NCBI RefSeq assembly: GCF_963853765.1
Contig: NC_088854.1
Location: 51,522,001 to 51,586,000, forward strand
Source: Magallana gigas
Taxonomy: Eukaryota
Direction of reading: 5' to 3'
DNA length: 64,000 bases
Positions 63,592 through 64,000 of this stretch are shown piece by piece. The first letter of the stretch is position 1; the number at the start of each line of letters is the position of its first letter. A model generated the notes under the pieces. It did not search any database. It saw nothing but the letters and a program-made list of their open reading frames with translations, and was not told the origin of the DNA. The position numbers and the translations under genes were made by a program.

Positions 63592-64000
63592 GAACCAAAA
63601 AACATTCTCTATTTGTTAATGATTCCAATAAAAAGTAGCGACCATTGCTGGAAAAAAATCATTTTATATCTGCAATGTTTGTTGCCTCATATTCTCATGA
63701 ACCGCTTATGAACCGCTGAAGATATCTTTTAAGGAGGCTGGATGGTCAACAAAATACCCATCACAGATACCATAGTCATATCTTTTTTTTTTACCATATT
63801 AGCTAACATTTGTAAAGAAAAAACCCAAATATTTTATAATGAAATTTAAACATTTTCCTTTTTCTTCAAACAAAGCTCTTCTTTTTTAGGCGGTTAAAAA
63901 TGTCACCGACCATCGAATCCTCTTAATGTTTAACTACTATATATGTGTGAACATGTTGTGGATGTCAATTTATATTCATATCGAATATTTCTGTAGGATA

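Overview
AT-rich, intron-containing animal DNA, most likely an oyster of the Crassostrea/Magallana type. That species call is inferred from the repeat families and protein sequences, not from a database search. Spliced genes reconstructed by hand, with consistent exon phases: a secreted low-complexity protein with a Cys-rich tail (minus, 270-3236); a short secreted acidic two-repeat protein (minus, 6642-8122) whose signal-peptide exon is identical to that of the first gene; an orphan Gly/Ser/Pro-rich gene (plus, 21533-23020); a PD-(D/E)XK-like orphan (plus, 25201-28337); KLHL20 (minus) head-to-head with ANKRD45 (plus); FOXRED1 (minus); and the 5' part of a TIMP gene (plus). Mobile DNA includes a decayed ISL2EU-type transposon (THAP-DDE transposase plus YqaJ-PHD), a decayed Crypton-like remnant with related hairpin-headed elements, an internally deleted hAT, TTAA MITEs, Helentron-like elements carrying 166-168 bp satellite arrays, and small hairpin MITEs. 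The most unusual observations are (1) a local duplication that copied a promoter and signal-peptide exon in front of an unrelated exon, an apparent chimeric new secreted gene, and (2) a 15-copy 26-bp minisatellite in FOXRED1 whose unit is the exon end plus the 5' splice site.
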